A DNA stretch of 64,000 nucleotides. Origin: an uncultured Bifidobacterium sp. (lineage in GTDB: Bacteria; Bacteroidota; Bacteroidia; UKL13-3). Below, piece after piece: positions 53,074 to 64,000 of the stretch. Position 1 is the stretch's first letter. Each line of letters starts with the position of its first letter. The translations under genes and the position numbers were made by a program. The stretch is from positions 195,120-259,119 of the forward strand of contig CAZGVO010000003.1 in assembly GCA_964529175.1 (NCBI GenBank), written 5' to 3'. Under the pieces are notes generated by a model that worked only from the letters and a program-made list of their open reading frames with translations, did no database searches and was not told the DNA's origin.

Positions 53074-53685
53074 CTATTTAGAGTATAACTCTACAATTAA
53101 TTGTTCTTTGATATTTTCTGGAACTTGATCACGCTCAGGTAAAGCTAAGAAAGTACCTGACATTGAAGCACTATCCCATGATAACCAATTGAAACGTTTT
53201 GCATTAGAATTAGCTAAACTAGAAGAAATAACTTCTACAGATTTAGATTTTTCTCTAACAGCAATTACATCACCTGGTTTTAAAGTATAAGAAGAAATAT
53301 TAACAACTTTACCATTTACCGTAACATGTCTGTGACCAACAATTTGACGAGCAGCAGCTCTAGTTGGAGCAATACCTAAACGATAAACTGTATTATCTAA
53401 ACGTGCTTCTAAGAATTTAATCAAATTCTCACCAGTAACACCTTTACGTCTAACAGCCTCTTCAAATATTTTATAGAACTGACGTTCTAAAACACCATAA
53501 GTATATTTTACTTTTTGTTTTTCGCCTAACTGAATAGCATACTCAGTTTGTTTAGTTCTTCTTCTAGCATTACCATGCTGTCCAGGAGGTACAGTACTAC
53601 GTTTTTCGTAATATTTGTCGCTTCCAAAAATCGGATCTTTAAAGCGTCTTGCTATTTTGGTTTTTGGACCTATATATCTTGCCAT
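53074..53685 (-). CDS. rpsD: 30S ribosomal protein S4
   Basis: The protein begins [15 protein letters not shown]. Confidence 0.95.
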   Translation of the reverse strand: MARYIGPKTKIARRFKDPIFGSDKYYEKRSTVPPGQHGNARRRTKQTEYAIQLGEKQKVKYTYGVLERQFYKIFEEAVRRKGVTGENLIKFLEARLDNTVYRLGIAPTRAAARQIVGHRHVTVNGKVVNISSYTLKPGDVIAVREKSKSVEVISSSLANSNAKRFNWLSWDSASMSGTFLALPERDQVPENIKEQLIVELYSK

Positions 53686-53706
53686 TTTGTATTCTTATTT
53701 AAATGA

Positions 53707-54099
53707 TTATACTCTTCTGCTTTTTGGAGGACGACAACCGTTGTGAGGTAGAGGAGTAATATCTTTAATAGATAAAACTTCTAACCCACTAGCTTGTAAA
53801 GTACGAATAGCACTTTCTCTTCCACTTCCAGGTCCTTTAACAAAAACATCAATTTTTTTCATACCAGCATCTACAGCAACTTTAGCACATTCTGAAGCAG
53901 CAGTTTGAGCAGCGTATGGAGTATTTTTCTTAGAACCTCTAAATCCCATTTTACCGGCAGAACCCCACGATACAACTTGACCAGTTGCATTGGTAATAGA
54001 GATAATTATATTATTAAAAGAAGCTTTAATATGAGCTTGACCATGCGTGTCAATCACAACAACTCTTTTTTTACTAACTTTTTTATTATTTGTAGCCAT
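53707..54099 (-). CDS. rpsK: 30S ribosomal protein S11
   Basis: The 130-aa protein has the conserved S11 core. Confidence 0.95.
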   Translation of the reverse strand: MATNNKKVSKKRVVVIDTHGQAHIKASFNNIIISITNATGQVVSWGSAGKMGFRGSKKNTPYAAQTAASECAKVAVDAGMKKIDVFVKGPGSGRESAIRTLQASGLEVLSIKDITPLPHNGCRPPKSRRV

Positions 54100-54120
54100 T
54101 ATTTCTTATTATGCTATTTA

Positions 54121-54498
54121 TTATTTAGTAACTTTCTTTTTACCTGCTACTGTTTTACGTTTACCTTTTCTAGTACGTGAATTAGTTTTAGTTCTTTGTC
54201 CACGAACTGGTAAACCTTTACGATGGCGAAGACCACGGTAACAACCAATATCCAACAAACGTTTAATATTCAATTGTTTTTCTGATCTTAACTCACCCTC
54301 AACTGTAATGAAGTCAGTGATGTGTTTACGAATAGCACTTAATTCGTCATCACTCCATTCACTTACTTTTTTATTGACGTCAATATTGTTAGAATTTAAT
54401 ATTAACGTAGCAGTTGAACGTCCAATTCCGTAAATATAGGTTAAACCTATTTCACCTCTTTTATTTTTTGGTAAATCTATACCTGATATACGAGCCAT
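54121..54498 (-). CDS. rpsM: 30S ribosomal protein S13
   Basis: The protein begins [10 protein letters not shown]. Confidence 0.95.
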   Translation of the reverse strand: MARISGIDLPKNKRGEIGLTYIYGIGRSTATLILNSNNIDVNKKVSEWSDDELSAIRKHITDFITVEGELRSEKQLNIKRLLDIGCYRGLRHRKGLPVRGQRTKTNSRTRKGKRKTVAGKKKVTK

Positions 54499-54507
54499 AT
54501 TCTATTA

Positions 54508-54624
54508 TTATCCTTGACGTTGTTTAAACTTTGGGTTCTTTTTGTTAATTACGTAAACTCTACCTTTACGTTTTACAATTACACAATCCTCGCTGCGTTT
54601 CTTTACAGAAGCTCTTACTTTCAT
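54508..54624 (-). CDS. rpmJ: 50S ribosomal protein L36 (missing from the supplied ORF track)
   Basis: Manual translation of the minus strand gives [38 protein letters not shown]. The gene lies between rpsM and infA. Confidence 0.9.
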   Translation of the reverse strand: MKVRASVKKRSEDCVIVKRKGRVYVINKKNPKFKQRQG

Positions 54625-54641
54625 TTCTTCTATTTATTTTT

Positions 54642-54860
54642 TTATTTGTATCTATAAATAATTCTTCCTTTTGTCAAATCGTATGGACTCATCTCACATG
54701 CAATTTTATCACCAGGTAAAATTTTAATGTAATGCATTCTCATTTTGCCAGAAATATGTGCAATGATTTGATGTCCATTTTCTAATTGAACACGAAACAT
54801 TGCATTACTTAAAGCTTCAACAATAATACCGTCTTGTTTTATAACTGATTGTTTTGACAT
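54642..54860 (-). CDS. infA: Translation initiation factor IF-1
   Basis: The 72-aa protein has an S1-like fold. Confidence 0.95.
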   Translation of the reverse strand: MSKQSVIKQDGIIVEALSNAMFRVQLENGHQIIAHISGKMRMHYIKILPGDKIACEMSPYDLTKGRIIYRYK

Positions 54861-54912
54861 TTTTTATTGGGGCTGCGAAAATAATATTTTATTTGAATTT
54901 ATCAACAACTAA

Positions 54913-56256
54913 TTAAGCCGCTGTATTACTTCCACTTCTACCTTTTATTTTACCACTTTTCATTAATCCATCATACTGACGCATTAATAAATGACTTTCT
55001 ATTTGTTGTAAAGTATCTAGCACTACTCCTACTAAAATTAGTAAAGAAGTTCCTCCATAGAATTGAGCAAATTGACTATTGATATTAAATGCACCAGCAA
55101 ATGAAGGTAACACAGCAACAAAAGCTAAGAATATTGCACCCGGTAAAGTAATTCTACTCATAACATTATCAATAAAGTCAGCAGTAGATTTACCTGGCTT
55201 CACACCCGGAATAAAACCATTATTCTTTTTCATATCATCCGAAATTTGATTCGCATTAACTGAAATGGCAGTATAGAAATACGTAAACAAAACAATTAAT
55301 AAACCAAAAGTCATATTATAAGCAAATGATAACGGATTAGCAAAAGACGATAAGAAACTATTTGCCTCAACATTTGAAACAAATTGAGCAATATATCCGG
55401 GAATAAACATCAATGCTTGAGCGAAAATTATAGGCATAACGCCAGCTGCATTTATCTTTAAAGGAATGTATTGTCTTACACCACCAAATTGTCTATTTCC
55501 AACTATACGCTTAGCATATTGAACAGGAATTCTTCTTGTACCTTGCACTAATAAAATAGTGATCATAATTACAGCAAATAAAGCAGCTAGCTCTATCACA
55601 AAAATAACCAATCCACCACCACCAGTTGATAATTTAAAGTTAAATTCATCCCAGAAAGCTATTGGTAAACGAGCTATAATACCAATCATAATGATTAGTG
55701 AAATACCATTTCCAATACCTTTGTCAGTTATTCTTTCACCTAACCACATAACAAACATAGTGCTAGCGGTTAAAATAATCATAGAACTAAAAGTAAACAT
55801 GAAATCTGATACCACATCTGGAGAGATGATAGCATTTGGATTTGTATTCTTAAGGTTGATGATAAAACCGTAAGATTGAACAACTGTAATTGCAATAGTT
55901 AAGTAGCGAGTAATTTGATTAATTTTTCTTCTACCATCTTCACCCTCTTTTTGCATTCTTTGGAAAGAAGGCAAAGCTAAGGATAACAATTGAACCACAA
56001 TTGAAGCACTGATGTATGGCATAATACCTAGAGCGAAAATTGACGCTCTACCAAAAGCCCCACCAGCAAACATATTTATGATACCAAATAAACCACCATC
56101 TGCTTGCTTTGTATCTAAAGAATTAGGATCAATGCCAGGTAAAGTTACGTAGCTACCAATTCGATAAACAAGTAATAACCAAAAAGTGATTTGAAGTTTG
56201 TACCTTAAATCATCAATTTTCCAAATGTTTTTTAATGTATCAAGTAATTTTTTCAT
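54913..56256 (-). CDS. secY: Preprotein translocase subunit SecY
   Basis: The 447-aa protein has 10 transmembrane segments. Confidence 0.95.
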   Translation of the reverse strand: MKKLLDTLKNIWKIDDLRYKLQITFWLLLVYRIGSYVTLPGIDPNSLDTKQADGGLFGIINMFAGGAFGRASIFALGIMPYISASIVVQLLSLALPSFQRMQKEGEDGRRKINQITRYLTIAITVVQSYGFIINLKNTNPNAIISPDVVSDFMFTFSSMIILTASTMFVMWLGERITDKGIGNGISLIIMIGIIARLPIAFWDEFNFKLSTGGGGLVIFVIELAALFAVIMITILLVQGTRRIPVQYAKRIVGNRQFGGVRQYIPLKINAAGVMPIIFAQALMFIPGYIAQFVSNVEANSFLSSFANPLSFAYNMTFGLLIVLFTYFYTAISVNANQISDDMKKNNGFIPGVKPGKSTADFIDNVMSRITLPGAIFLAFVAVLPSFAGAFNINSQFAQFYGGTSLLILVGVVLDTLQQIESHLLMRQYDGLMKSGKIKGRSGSNTAA

Positions 56257-56259
56257 GCG

Positions 56260-56709
56260 TTAGATTTTAGCTATTGAACCCCCAACTGCTTCTATAGCTT
56301 TTTGAGCAGATGCTGAAAAAGCGTGAGCTTTAACTTCTACTGCAATGCTAATTTCTCCTCTACCTAATATTTTTACTAGGTCGTTTTTACTTACAACACC
56401 ATTTGCTACTAAAACATCAAAATCAATAGATTTTAAGTTTTTTTCCGAAGCAATGATTTGTAATCTATCTAAGTTGATACCAACGTATTCAACTCTGTTT
56501 AAACTTTTAAATCCTATTTTAGGTAAACGTCTGTATAAAGGCATTTGACCACCTTCAAAACCACGTTTAGTGCTAGTACCGCTTCTAGAACCAGCACCCT
56601 TATGACCACGTGCAGCAGTTCCACCTTTTCCACTACCTTCACCTCTACCTACTCTTTTACCTTCTTTATGAACTGAACCAGCTGCTGGTTTTAAGTTATG
56701 TAAATTCAT
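56260..56709 (-). CDS. rplO: 50S ribosomal protein L15
   Basis: The 149-aa protein has a Gly-rich N-terminus. Confidence 0.95.
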   Translation of the reverse strand: MNLHNLKPAAGSVHKEGKRVGRGEGSGKGGTAARGHKGAGSRSGTSTKRGFEGGQMPLYRRLPKIGFKSLNRVEYVGINLDRLQIIASEKNLKSIDFDVLVANGVVSKNDLVKILGRGEISIAVEVKAHAFSASAQKAIEAVGGSIAKI

Positions 56710-56721
56710 CGATTAATTTTT

Positions 56722-56901
56722 TTAAATGTTTTCAACTTTTAATAAATGAGCAACTTTATTGATCATACCTAATACAGCAGGAGTTCCTTCAACCTCACGA
56801 GATTGATTTAATTTAGAAAAACCTAAAGCTTTAATAGTACGTTTTTGACCTTCAGGTCTATCAATGATGCTTTTTACGTATGTTATTTTTACCTTAGCCA
56901 T
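56722..56901 (-). CDS. rpmD: 50S ribosomal protein L30 (missing from the supplied ORF track)
   Basis: Manual translation gives [59 protein letters not shown]. Its start overlaps the rpsE stop by 8 nt. Confidence 0.9.
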   Translation of the reverse strand: MAKVKITYVKSIIDRPEGQKRTIKALGFSKLNQSREVEGTPAVLGMINKVAHLLKVENI

Positions 56902-57430
56902 TGTTCACTTCTCCTCCATTAAAAACTTTTTTCATTGAAATACCACGAGTATTAGCAATAGTAAATGCATCACGCATATTTAATAAAGCATCAACTGTAG
57001 CTTTTACCACGTTGTGAGGGTTAGATGAACCTTTTGATTTTGCTAACACGTCAGTTACACCAGCACTTTCTAGAACAGCACGCATAGCACCACCAGCAAT
57101 TACACCAGTACCATGAGCAGCAGGTTTTAAAAATACTCTACCTCCACCGTATTTTCCAGTTTGTTCGTGAGGAATAGTACCTTTTAACACTGGAACTTTC
57201 ATTAAATTCTTTTTTGCGTCTTCTACACCTTTGCTGATAGAATCAGTTACCTCATTAGCTTTACCTAAACCATAACCAATAACACCATTTCCATCTCCAA
57301 CTACAACTAAAGCTGAAAAGCTAAAAGTACGTCCACCTTTTGTAACTTTTGCTACACGGTTTATTGCCACTACTCTTTCTTTAAGCTCTATGTCGCTTGA
57401 TTTTACTCTTTTTATATTTTCTGTAGACAT
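56894..57430 (-). CDS. rpsE: 30S ribosomal protein S5
   Basis: The 178-aa protein is recognisable as S5. Confidence 0.95.
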   Translation of the reverse strand: MSTENIKRVKSSDIELKERVVAINRVAKVTKGGRTFSFSALVVVGDGNGVIGYGLGKANEVTDSISKGVEDAKKNLMKVPVLKGTIPHEQTGKYGGGRVFLKPAAHGTGVIAGGAMRAVLESAGVTDVLAKSKGSSNPHNVVKATVDALLNMRDAFTIANTRGISMKKVFNGGEVNNG

Positions 57431-57483
57431 AATATTTATTGTTTTACTTTATGCTGTTAACAACATAAAATGATAAAAGCAAT

Positions 57484-57831
57484 TTAAAACTTTAAACCTC
57501 CTTCGCGTGCACCTTCAGCTAAACTTTTGATTCTACCATGGTATAAGTAACCATTTCTATCAAAAACAACTTCGGTAATGCCAGATGATATTGCTTTTTG
57601 TGCTATTTCTTTACCAACTCTAATTGATAATTCAACTTTACAAACTTTCTCAGTAATTGAACGTGAAGAAGAAGACACTAAAGTCTTTCCTGCTACATCA
57701 TCAATAATTTGAGCATATATAGCTTTATTGCTACGGAATACAGATAAACGTGGTTTAACAGGAGTACCTTTGATACGACCACGAATTCCTCTTTTTATTC
57801 TAGATCTGCGTAATTCTTTTTTGGTTGCCAT
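57484..57831 (-). CDS. rplR: 50S ribosomal protein L18
   Basis: The 115-aa protein is recognisable as L18. Confidence 0.95.
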   Translation of the reverse strand: MATKKELRRSRIKRGIRGRIKGTPVKPRLSVFRSNKAIYAQIIDDVAGKTLVSSSSRSITEKVCKVELSIRVGKEIAQKAISSGITEVVFDRNGYLYHGRIKSLAEGAREGGLKF

Positions 57832-57839
57832 AACTTTTA

Positions 57840-58394
57840 TTATTTAGATGCTGTTTTACCCGCTTTTCTTCTTAGAACTTCACCAACGAACTTGATACCT
57901 TTACCTTTGTAAGGCTCTGGAGTACGTAATGAACGAATTTTTGCAGCTACTTGACCAATCAATTGTTTATCGGCACTTTCTAAGGTAATGATTGGGTTTT
58001 TACCTTTTTCAGTTTCAGTTTTCACAGTAATTTCTTTTGGAACTTCAAAGTAAATATGATGTGAGAAACCTAATATTAAATCAAGAATGTTTCCTTCGTT
58101 AGTTGCTTTGTAACCAACACCTACTAATTCTTGTTTTTTAGTGTAACCTTGAGTTACACCAACTATCATATTATTTATTAATGATCTGTAAAGACCATGT
58201 AACGCTCTATGTCTTTTGTGATCGGTTGGTCTAGTAACCAATATCTCACCTTCATTTAGAGTAATTGTAATATCTGCATCAACTTGTTGATGTAATTCGC
58301 CTTTAGGACCTTTAACGGTTACTAAATTGCTGTTGCTAATTTTAAAATCAACACCAGCTGGTAATTTTATTGGGGCTTTTCCTATACGTGACAT
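57840..58394 (-). CDS. rplF: 50S ribosomal protein L6
   Basis: The 184-aa protein is recognisable as L6. Confidence 0.95.
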   Translation of the reverse strand: MSRIGKAPIKLPAGVDFKISNSNLVTVKGPKGELHQQVDADITITLNEGEILVTRPTDHKRHRALHGLYRSLINNMIVGVTQGYTKKQELVGVGYKATNEGNILDLILGFSHHIYFEVPKEITVKTETEKGKNPIITLESADKQLIGQVAAKIRSLRTPEPYKGKGIKFVGEVLRRKAGKTASK

Positions 58395-58413
58395 GAAATT
58401 GTTCTCCTATTGA

Positions 58414-58812
58414 TTAATAAATGTAACATAAAACTTCGCCACCAACATTTAGTTTTCTAGCTTCTTTGTCTGTCATTACACCTTTAGAAGTTGTTAAAAC
58501 AGCAATACCCAAGCCATTAATAACTCTAGGCATATTTTCAATACCTGCATATCTTCTTAAACCAGGACGACTAACACGTTCTAGTTTTTTAATAGCAGAT
58601 GATTTAGTAATAGGATGATATTTTAAGGCAATTTTTATTGAACCTTGATGATTTGCTACGTCCTCAAATTTGTAATTTAAGATGTAACCTTTTTCAAAAA
58701 GAACTCTTGTAATTTCTTTTTTCAAGTTAGACGCAGGAATTTCTACGATGCGATGATTTGCTTTAATAGCATTACGCAACCTTGTTAAGTAATCTGATAT
58801 TGGATCTGTCAT
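58414..58812 (-). CDS. rpsH: 30S ribosomal protein S8
   Basis: The 132-aa protein is recognisable as S8. Confidence 0.95.
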   Translation of the reverse strand: MTDPISDYLTRLRNAIKANHRIVEIPASNLKKEITRVLFEKGYILNYKFEDVANHQGSIKIALKYHPITKSSAIKKLERVSRPGLRRYAGIENMPRVINGLGIAVLTTSKGVMTDKEARKLNVGGEVLCYIY

Positions 58813-58933
58813 TATGTTTTTTGTTGTACTTGTTAGCAGTAAGCCAAGGGCACTCTTACTAACTAAGTTAATTATAATTTATAAAGGGGTGCAAATATAA
58901 TTATTTATACACCTTTAGCAAATTTATTTTAAA

Positions 58934-59203
58934 TTACCAAGAAGCCTTAGTAACTCCAGGTATTTTTCCCATAGAAGCAAGTTCACGGAATTGATTACGG
59001 CAAATACCGAAATCACTCATGTAACCTTTTGGTCTTCCTGTTAATTTACATCTGTTTTTTAAACGAACTGGAGAGGAATTACGAGGTAATTTTTGTAAAC
59101 CTGCATAATCACCAGCTTCTTTAAGAGCTTTACGTTTTTCAGCGAACTGAGCGTTCAACTTTTCTCTTTTACGTTGACGAGCTTTTACTGATTCTTTAGC
59201 CAT
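58934..59203 (-). CDS. rpsN: 30S ribosomal protein S14
   Basis: The 89-aa protein is recognisable as S14. Confidence 0.95.
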   Translation of the reverse strand: MAKESVKARQRKREKLNAQFAEKRKALKEAGDYAGLQKLPRNSSPVRLKNRCKLTGRPKGYMSDFGICRNQFRELASMGKIPGVTKASW

Positions 59204-59210
59204 TTGTTAA

Positions 59211-59774
59211 TTATTTATTTTGATTTTTGAAAGGTAAACCAAATTCTTTCAATAATGAAAGACATTCTTCATCTGTTGAAGCGGTAGTTACAAAGGTAAT
59301 ATCCATACCGTTGATTCTATTCACTTTTTCAATTACAATTTCAGGGAAAATGATTTGTTCTGTAATACCCATTGTATAATTACCACGGCTATCAAAACCT
59401 TTTTCATTTAAACCAGCGAAATCTCTAACACGAGGTAAAGAAACTGAAATTAATCTATCTAAAAACTCATACATTTTTACACCTCTTAATGTTACGCGTG
59501 CCCCAATTGGAATATTTTTACGTAATTTAAAATTAGAAATATCTTTTTTAGATTTTGTACCAACAGCTTTTTGACCTGCAATAGCAGTCATTTCAAGTAA
59601 AGCTTGATCAACTATTTTTTTATCTGATACTGCAGCACCCACACCTTGGTTTAAACAAATTTTTACCAATTTAGGTACTTGCATTACATTTTTATATCCA
59701 AACTTTTCTATCATGGCAGGTCTTACCTTGGCATCATAGTCTTGTTTTAATCTAGGAACGTATGTTGTTGTCAT
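59211..59774 (-). CDS. rplE: 50S ribosomal protein L5
   Basis: The 187-aa protein is recognisable as L5. Confidence 0.95.
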   Translation of the reverse strand: MTTTYVPRLKQDYDAKVRPAMIEKFGYKNVMQVPKLVKICLNQGVGAAVSDKKIVDQALLEMTAIAGQKAVGTKSKKDISNFKLRKNIPIGARVTLRGVKMYEFLDRLISVSLPRVRDFAGLNEKGFDSRGNYTMGITEQIIFPEIVIEKVNRINGMDITFVTTASTDEECLSLLKEFGLPFKNQNK

Positions 59775-59778
59775 GTTC

Positions 59779-60117
59779 TTAATTAATTATATCTTGCGAT
59801 TTTTTTGAAAATCTAACAGTTTTTCCTTCAGCATCTTTCTTACGACCGATTTTTGAAGCAACACCATTATTATCTAACACAGCTAAATTACTTATACTGA
59901 TAGGTGATTCTTTTTTAATGATACCACCTTGTTGATTTTGAGCATTAGGCTTAGTATGACGGCTAACTATGTTAATACCTTCAACTATAGCTTTATTTTT
60001 TGCAGTAATAATTTCTAAAACTTTACCTGTTTTACCTTTATCATCACCAGCAATAACTTTTACGCGATCATCTTTCTTGATACGTAACTTAATTTTGTTG
60101 TTTACGTTTTTTTCCAT
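59779..60117 (-). CDS. rplX: 50S ribosomal protein L24
   Basis: The 112-aa protein has a KOW domain. Confidence 0.95.
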   Translation of the reverse strand: MEKNVNNKIKLRIKKDDRVKVIAGDDKGKTGKVLEIITAKNKAIVEGINIVSRHTKPNAQNQQGGIIKKESPISISNLAVLDNNGVASKIGRKKDAEGKTVRFSKKSQDIIN

Positions 60118-60119
60118 GA

Positions 60120-60488
60120 TTATAATACCTCCGGTGCTAATGAAACAATTTTCATGAATTGTTTTTCTCTTAACTCACGTGCAACTGGGCCAAATATACG
60201 AGTAGCACGAGGTTCATCTTGCGCATTTAATAATACACATGAATTATCGTCAAAACGAATGTAAGAACCATCAGCTCTACGAACTTCTTTTTTAGTTCTA
60301 ACAACAACAGCTTTAGAAACTGCACCTTTTTTAACTCCTCCTGAAGGTAAAGCTGACTTAACTGTAACTACAATTTTATCGCCTACAGAAGCATATCTTC
60401 TACCAGTACCACCAAGAACTCGGATACATAATACCTCGCGAGCTCCACTATTATCGGCTACTTTTAGTCTTGATTCCTGTTGTATCAT
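60120..60488 (-). CDS. rplN: 50S ribosomal protein L14
   Basis: The 122-aa protein begins [16 protein letters not shown]. Confidence 0.95.
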   Translation of the reverse strand: MIQQESRLKVADNSGAREVLCIRVLGGTGRRYASVGDKIVVTVKSALPSGGVKKGAVSKAVVVRTKKEVRRADGSYIRFDDNSCVLLNAQDEPRATRIFGPVARELREKQFMKIVSLAPEVL

Positions 60489-60492
60489 TTTA

Positions 60493-60762
60493 TTATTTAG
60501 CTTTTTCTACTATTTCTACTAATCTCCAACGTTTATCTTTACTTAATGGTCTAGTTTCCATTAATTTAACGATATCGTTCATGCTACTTTCATTTTTCTC
60601 ATCATGAGCTTTAAAAGTAGAAGTCATTTTTATGAATTTCCCGTATTTTGGGTGCATAACTTTACGTTCTACAGAAACAACAATTGTTTTTTGCATTTTG
60701 TTGCTTACTACTTTCCCAATAATAACTTTACGTGAATTTCTATTCTCTGCTGTTATTTCCAT
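60493..60762 (-). CDS. rpsQ: 30S ribosomal protein S17
   Basis: The 89-aa protein is recognisable as S17. Confidence 0.95.
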   Translation of the reverse strand: MEITAENRNSRKVIIGKVVSNKMQKTIVVSVERKVMHPKYGKFIKMTSTFKAHDEKNESSMNDIVKLMETRPLSKDKRWRLVEIVEKAK

Positions 60763-60777
60763 TTTGTTACAGTATAA

Positions 60778-60975
60778 TTAAGCAGTAGCTAACTGACGAG
60801 CTCTTTTTTCAGTAAGAATTCGTGCAATAGTTTTTTTGCTTTCGTTTATCAATCTTGGATTTTCGATAGGTGAAACTGCATTTTGCAAAGATAGTTTTGA
60901 TAAATTCAAACGCTCATCTTTTAAAGCAATATTCAATTCTTTTTCCGATAATTCTTTAATTTCTTTATTATTCAT
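60778..60975 (-). CDS. rpmC: 50S ribosomal protein L29
   Basis: The 65-aa protein is recognisable as L29. Confidence 0.95.
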   Translation of the reverse strand: MNNKEIKELSEKELNIALKDERLNLSKLSLQNAVSPIENPRLINESKKTIARILTEKRARQLATA

Positions 60976-60977
60976 AA

Positions 60978-61400
60978 CTAGTTTCCGTTATAATCTGGTT
61001 TAACAATAAATTTGGTGATTACAGGTAACTTTTGAGCAGCTAAGCGCATTGCTTCTCTAGCTGTTTCCACTGGAACACCTTCTGCTTCAAATATAATTGT
61101 ACCAGGCTTACAAACAGCTACCCAAAATTCAGGAGCTCCTTTACCTTTCCCCATACGAACCTCTGCTGGTTTTCTAGTCATCGGTTTATCAGGGAAAACT
61201 CTAATCCAAACTTGACCTTCTCTTTTCATGAAGCGATTTAAAGCAACACGAGCAGCTTCAATTTGCTTAGAAGTTAAGAAGCAAGTATCAAGTGCTTTTA
61301 ATCCAAACGAACCAAAGGCAACAGTAAAACCTCTAGAGGCGTTACCTTTTACTTTACCTTTTTGTTGTTTCCTAAATTTTGTTTTTTTGGGCTGTAACAT
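60978..61400 (-). CDS. rplP: 50S ribosomal protein L16
   Basis: The 140-aa protein is recognisable as L16. Confidence 0.95.
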   Translation of the reverse strand: MLQPKKTKFRKQQKGKVKGNASRGFTVAFGSFGLKALDTCFLTSKQIEAARVALNRFMKREGQVWIRVFPDKPMTRKPAEVRMGKGKGAPEFWVAVCKPGTIIFEAEGVPVETAREAMRLAAQKLPVITKFIVKPDYNGN

Positions 61401-61435
61401 TTTTACAGTTATTTAATATTATTGATAAAACTAAT

Positions 61436-62212
61436 TTATTTTTTTTCTCTTTTTGGCTTTCTATCGCCACCTCTACCTGCACCGCCACGACTATCTCTTC
61501 TGTCATCTCTTCTATCACCTCTTCTGTCAGGACGTTGGTTTTGGCCTTTTGTATCAGCTACACCTTGGTTTGGAGATAAATCTCTTTTACCATAAACTTC
61601 GCCTTTGCAAATCCATACTTTGATACCAATTTTACCATACACAGTTAATGCTTCAGCAATTGTGTAATCAATATCAGAACGTAAAGTATGTAAAGGAGTT
61701 CTTCCTTCTTTGTATGATTCAGAACGAGCCATCTCTGCTCCACCTAAACGACCACTGATTGTAACTTTGATACCGTCAGCACCCATTTTCATTGTATTAG
61801 AAATAGCACCTTTTAATGCTCTTTTGTATGAAACACGAGCTTCAATTTGACTGGCAATTTGCTCGCCAACTAAAACCGCATCTAACTCAGGACGTTTGAT
61901 TTCAAATATATTGATTGCAACGTCTTTTTTAGTTAATTTTTTGATTTCTTCCTTGATTTTATCAACCTCGGTTCCACCTTTTCCAATAATAATTCCTGGA
62001 CGTGAGGTGTGAATAGTAATGATAATACGTTTAATTGTACGCTCAATAACTATTTTAGACATACCTGCTTTTACTATACGAGCACGTAAGTATTTTCTAA
62101 TTTTCTCATCCTCAATTAATTTTTCGGCAAAATTTTTACCACCAAACCAATTGCTTTCCCAGCCTCTGATTATGCCTAAACGTAATGCTATCGGATTTAC
62201 CTTTTGTCCCAT
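61436..62212 (-). CDS. rpsC: 30S ribosomal protein S3 with an Arg/Gly/Asp-rich C-terminal tail
   Basis: The 258-aa protein has a KH domain. Its C-terminus is [32 protein letters not shown]. Confidence 0.95.
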   Translation of the reverse strand: MGQKVNPIALRLGIIRGWESNWFGGKNFAEKLIEDEKIRKYLRARIVKAGMSKIVIERTIKRIIITIHTSRPGIIIGKGGTEVDKIKEEIKKLTKKDVAINIFEIKRPELDAVLVGEQIASQIEARVSYKRALKGAISNTMKMGADGIKVTISGRLGGAEMARSESYKEGRTPLHTLRSDIDYTIAEALTVYGKIGIKVWICKGEVYGKRDLSPNQGVADTKGQNQRPDRRGDRRDDRRDSRGGAGRGGDRKPKREKK

Positions 62213-62607
62213 TATACTTTAGAATTTTCTTTATCGTTTGTTGTTTCTACTGAATTATTAGCAACCATGCTATCAACTATTAAAGTTACATGGTTAGAAC
62301 GTTTACGGATTCTATGTGCACGTCCTTGAGGAGCAGGTAAAACACGTTTCATCATTGCACCACCATCAACAAAAATAGTTTTTACATATAATTCGTTGTT
62401 TTCAGCACGTGAACCTTCGTTTTTTTGTTCCCAATTTGCTATTGCACTGCGTAATAATTTTTCAACGCGGTGAGCACTTTCTTTTTTATTATTGAAACGT
62501 AAAGTATTGAAAGCTTCTTCAACTCTTTTACCACGTATCAAATCTACAACTAACCTCATTTTACGAGGTGATGTAGGACAATTATTTAATTTTGCTACTG
62601 CTTCCAT
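62212..62607 (-). CDS. rplV: 50S ribosomal protein L22
   Basis: The 131-aa protein is recognisable as L22. Confidence 0.95.
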   Translation of the reverse strand: MEAVAKLNNCPTSPRKMRLVVDLIRGKRVEEAFNTLRFNNKKESAHRVEKLLRSAIANWEQKNEGSRAENNELYVKTIFVDGGAMMKRVLPAPQGRAHRIRKRSNHVTLIVDSMVANNSVETTNDKENSKV

Positions 62608-62609
62608 TA

Positions 62610-62876
62610 TTAATCTTTCTTAACTGGATGTGATTTAAATGTACGTGTAGGAGCAAATTCACCTAGCTTATGACCAACCATATTTTCAGTAACATAAACA
62701 GGTATAAATTTATTGCCATTATGAACAGCAAATGTATGTCCTACAAATTCTGGAGATATCATTGATCTGCGACTCCAAGTTTTAATTACAGATTTTTTCT
62801 TTGCCTCATTCATAGCATCAACCTTTTTTTCAAGTTTGAAATCAATGAAAGGACCTTTTTTTAGTGAACGAGCCAT
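62610..62876 (-). CDS. rpsS: 30S ribosomal protein S19
   Basis: The 88-aa protein is recognisable as S19. Confidence 0.95.
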   Translation of the reverse strand: MARSLKKGPFIDFKLEKKVDAMNEAKKKSVIKTWSRRSMISPEFVGHTFAVHNGNKFIPVYVTENMVGHKLGEFAPTRTFKSHPVKKD

Positions 62877-62882
62877 ATTCTA

Positions 62883-63704
62883 TTACTTCTTACGCTTTTC
62901 GATGATAAATCTATTTGAATATTTTTTAGGTGTGCGGGTTTTGTAACCTTTTGATTTCATACCGTTACGAGAACGAGGATGACCTCCTGAAGCTCTACCT
63001 TCACCACCACCCATTGGATGATCAACTGGATTCATAGCTACTGGACGAGTACGAGGGCGAACGCCTCTCCATCTGTTTGCACCAGCTTTACCTTTTCTTT
63101 CCAAGTTGTGATCTGGGTTTGAAACTTGACCGATTGTAGCTGAACAAGCAACTAAAATCATACGGGTTTCACCAGAAGCTAATTTGATGATAGCATAACG
63201 ACCATCTCTATTCAACAATTGAGCAAATGAACCAGCTGAGCGAACTAATTTTCCACCTCTACCAGGTAACATTTCAATATTATGAATTAAAGAACCTAAA
63301 GGAATTTCAGATAATGGTAAAGTATTACCAATTTCAGGAGGTGAACCAGCACCGCTCTGAACTATCTGACCAACTTGAAGGTTTTTGGGAGATAAAATAT
63401 AACTTTTTTCACCATCTGCATACTGAATTAAAGCAATACGAGCTGAACGATTTGGATCGTACTCAATTGTTAATACAGTAGCTTCACCTTGTTTGGTTCT
63501 TTTAAAATCAACTAATCTATATTTTCTTTTATGACCACCACCTACGTAGCGGATTGTCATTTTACCAGTGTTATTTCTACCACCAGATTTCATTAACGAA
63601 ACCGTTAAAGATTTTTCTGGACTTGAAGCAGTTACCTCCTCAAATGTATTAGCAGACTTAAAACGTGTGCCTGGTGTTATCGGGTTAAATTTTCTAATTC
63701 CCAT
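62883..63704 (-). CDS. rplB: 50S ribosomal protein L2
   Basis: The 273-aa protein is recognisable as L2. Confidence 0.95.
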   Translation of the reverse strand: MGIRKFNPITPGTRFKSANTFEEVTASSPEKSLTVSLMKSGGRNNTGKMTIRYVGGGHKRKYRLVDFKRTKQGEATVLTIEYDPNRSARIALIQYADGEKSYILSPKNLQVGQIVQSGAGSPPEIGNTLPLSEIPLGSLIHNIEMLPGRGGKLVRSAGSFAQLLNRDGRYAIIKLASGETRMILVACSATIGQVSNPDHNLERKGKAGANRWRGVRPRTRPVAMNPVDHPMGGGEGRASGGHPRSRNGMKSKGYKTRTPKKYSNRFIIEKRKK

Positions 63705-63712
63705 TTTGTTTA

Positions 63713-64000
63713 TTAAACGTTTTGGAAGAAGTCAATTTTTTGATCTTCTTTAAGTGTAACAATAGCTTTTTTGAAAGCTGTTCTTCTGCCAGAGAATTGA
63801 CCTCTTTTAGTAGATCTTGTTTTATTTTTACCTGCGTAAACCATAGTACTGATTCCAGTAACATTTACGCTATAAATTTTTTCAATCTCGCTAATAATCT
63901 CAGGCTTTGTAGCTTTTTTCTCAACGATAAAAGCAAACTGATTCAATTTTTCGCTAAGACGACTAAACTTTTCAGTGATAAGTGGCTTTTTAAGAATGCT
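63713..64000 (-). CDS. rplW: 50S ribosomal protein L23, 5' end cut by the window edge
   Basis: The reading frame stays open to position 64000 (...[34 protein letters not shown]...). The M codon at 63946 in the ORF track is internal to the gene. Confidence 0.85.
   Translation of the reverse strand, partial: SILKKPLITEKFSRLSEKLNQFAFIVEKKATKPEIISEIEKIYSVNVTGISTMVYAGKNKTRSTKRGQFSGRRTAFKKAIVTLKEDQKIDFFQNV

Noticed and set aside
63227-63753. Plus-strand ORFs of 84 and 61 aa over rplB and rplW
   Set aside because: They are antisense to universally conserved ribosomal protein genes.
1-64000. CRISPR arrays, tRNA or rRNA genes, transposases or integrases
   Set aside because: There are no regularly spaced direct repeats with unique spacers. 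No intergenic region has tRNA-like cloverleaf signatures such as the GTTCRA T-loop. No ORF shows DDE or tyrosine recombinase motifs.

Overview
This is a low-GC chromosomal segment that looks like Bacteroidota (Flavobacteriia or Sphingobacteriia-like). The evidence is two giant proteins ending in T9SS type-A C-terminal sorting domains, SBBP beta-propeller repeats, TTG start codons, TAnnTTTG -7 boxes, and a Flavobacterium-style carotenoid cluster.

Gene content, left to right:
- A split B12-dependent methionine synthase: a homocysteine-binding half, then a pterin/B12/AdoMet half. A repeat-flanked 'four-helix-bundle' gene sits exactly in the split.
- A LytTR response regulator plus a propeller/Y_Y_Y LytS-type histidine kinase, divergent from a 2011-aa T9SS cargo protein (SBBP propeller, three LamG-like modules, an unrecognised ~42-aa two-Cys repeat).
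- An S9 peptidase and a PhaJ-like hotdog hydratase.
- A striking Met/Asn-rich protein with a phasin-like C-terminus.
- An orphan receiver domain.
- A carotenoid cluster: CrtI/CrtD-like desaturase, a Caroten_synth membrane protein, crtZ, and a lycopene-cyclase-domain protein.
- thiL, purQ, dtd, a DUF559 endonuclease-containing ORF with odd GC-rich inverted repeats, rsgA, crcB, yicC, gmk, nadD.
- A 3050-aa beta-helix T9SS protein that heads a putative operon with a DUF4403-like lipoprotein, a DUF2809-like protein and a DinB-like protein.
- proS, an SDR oxidoreductase, an MFS pump.
- A sulfide-detox pair (rhodanese-thioredoxin, and an MBL persulfide-dioxygenase-like protein fused to rhodanese).
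- A 7TM sensor kinase and a WecA-like transferase.
- The S10/spc/alpha ribosomal superoperon from rplW (truncated by the window edge) to rplQ. rpmJ and rpmD are missing from the ORF track and were recovered here.

No tRNA or rRNA gene, CRISPR array, transposase or integrase was found. The most interesting non-genic signals are two small repeat families:
- A palindromic GACCATGGTC/GACGATAG element at three loci. At two of them it donates the last 'VNS' codons and a double stop to the upstream gene.
- A ~150-nt element duplicated in two convergent-gene spacers.
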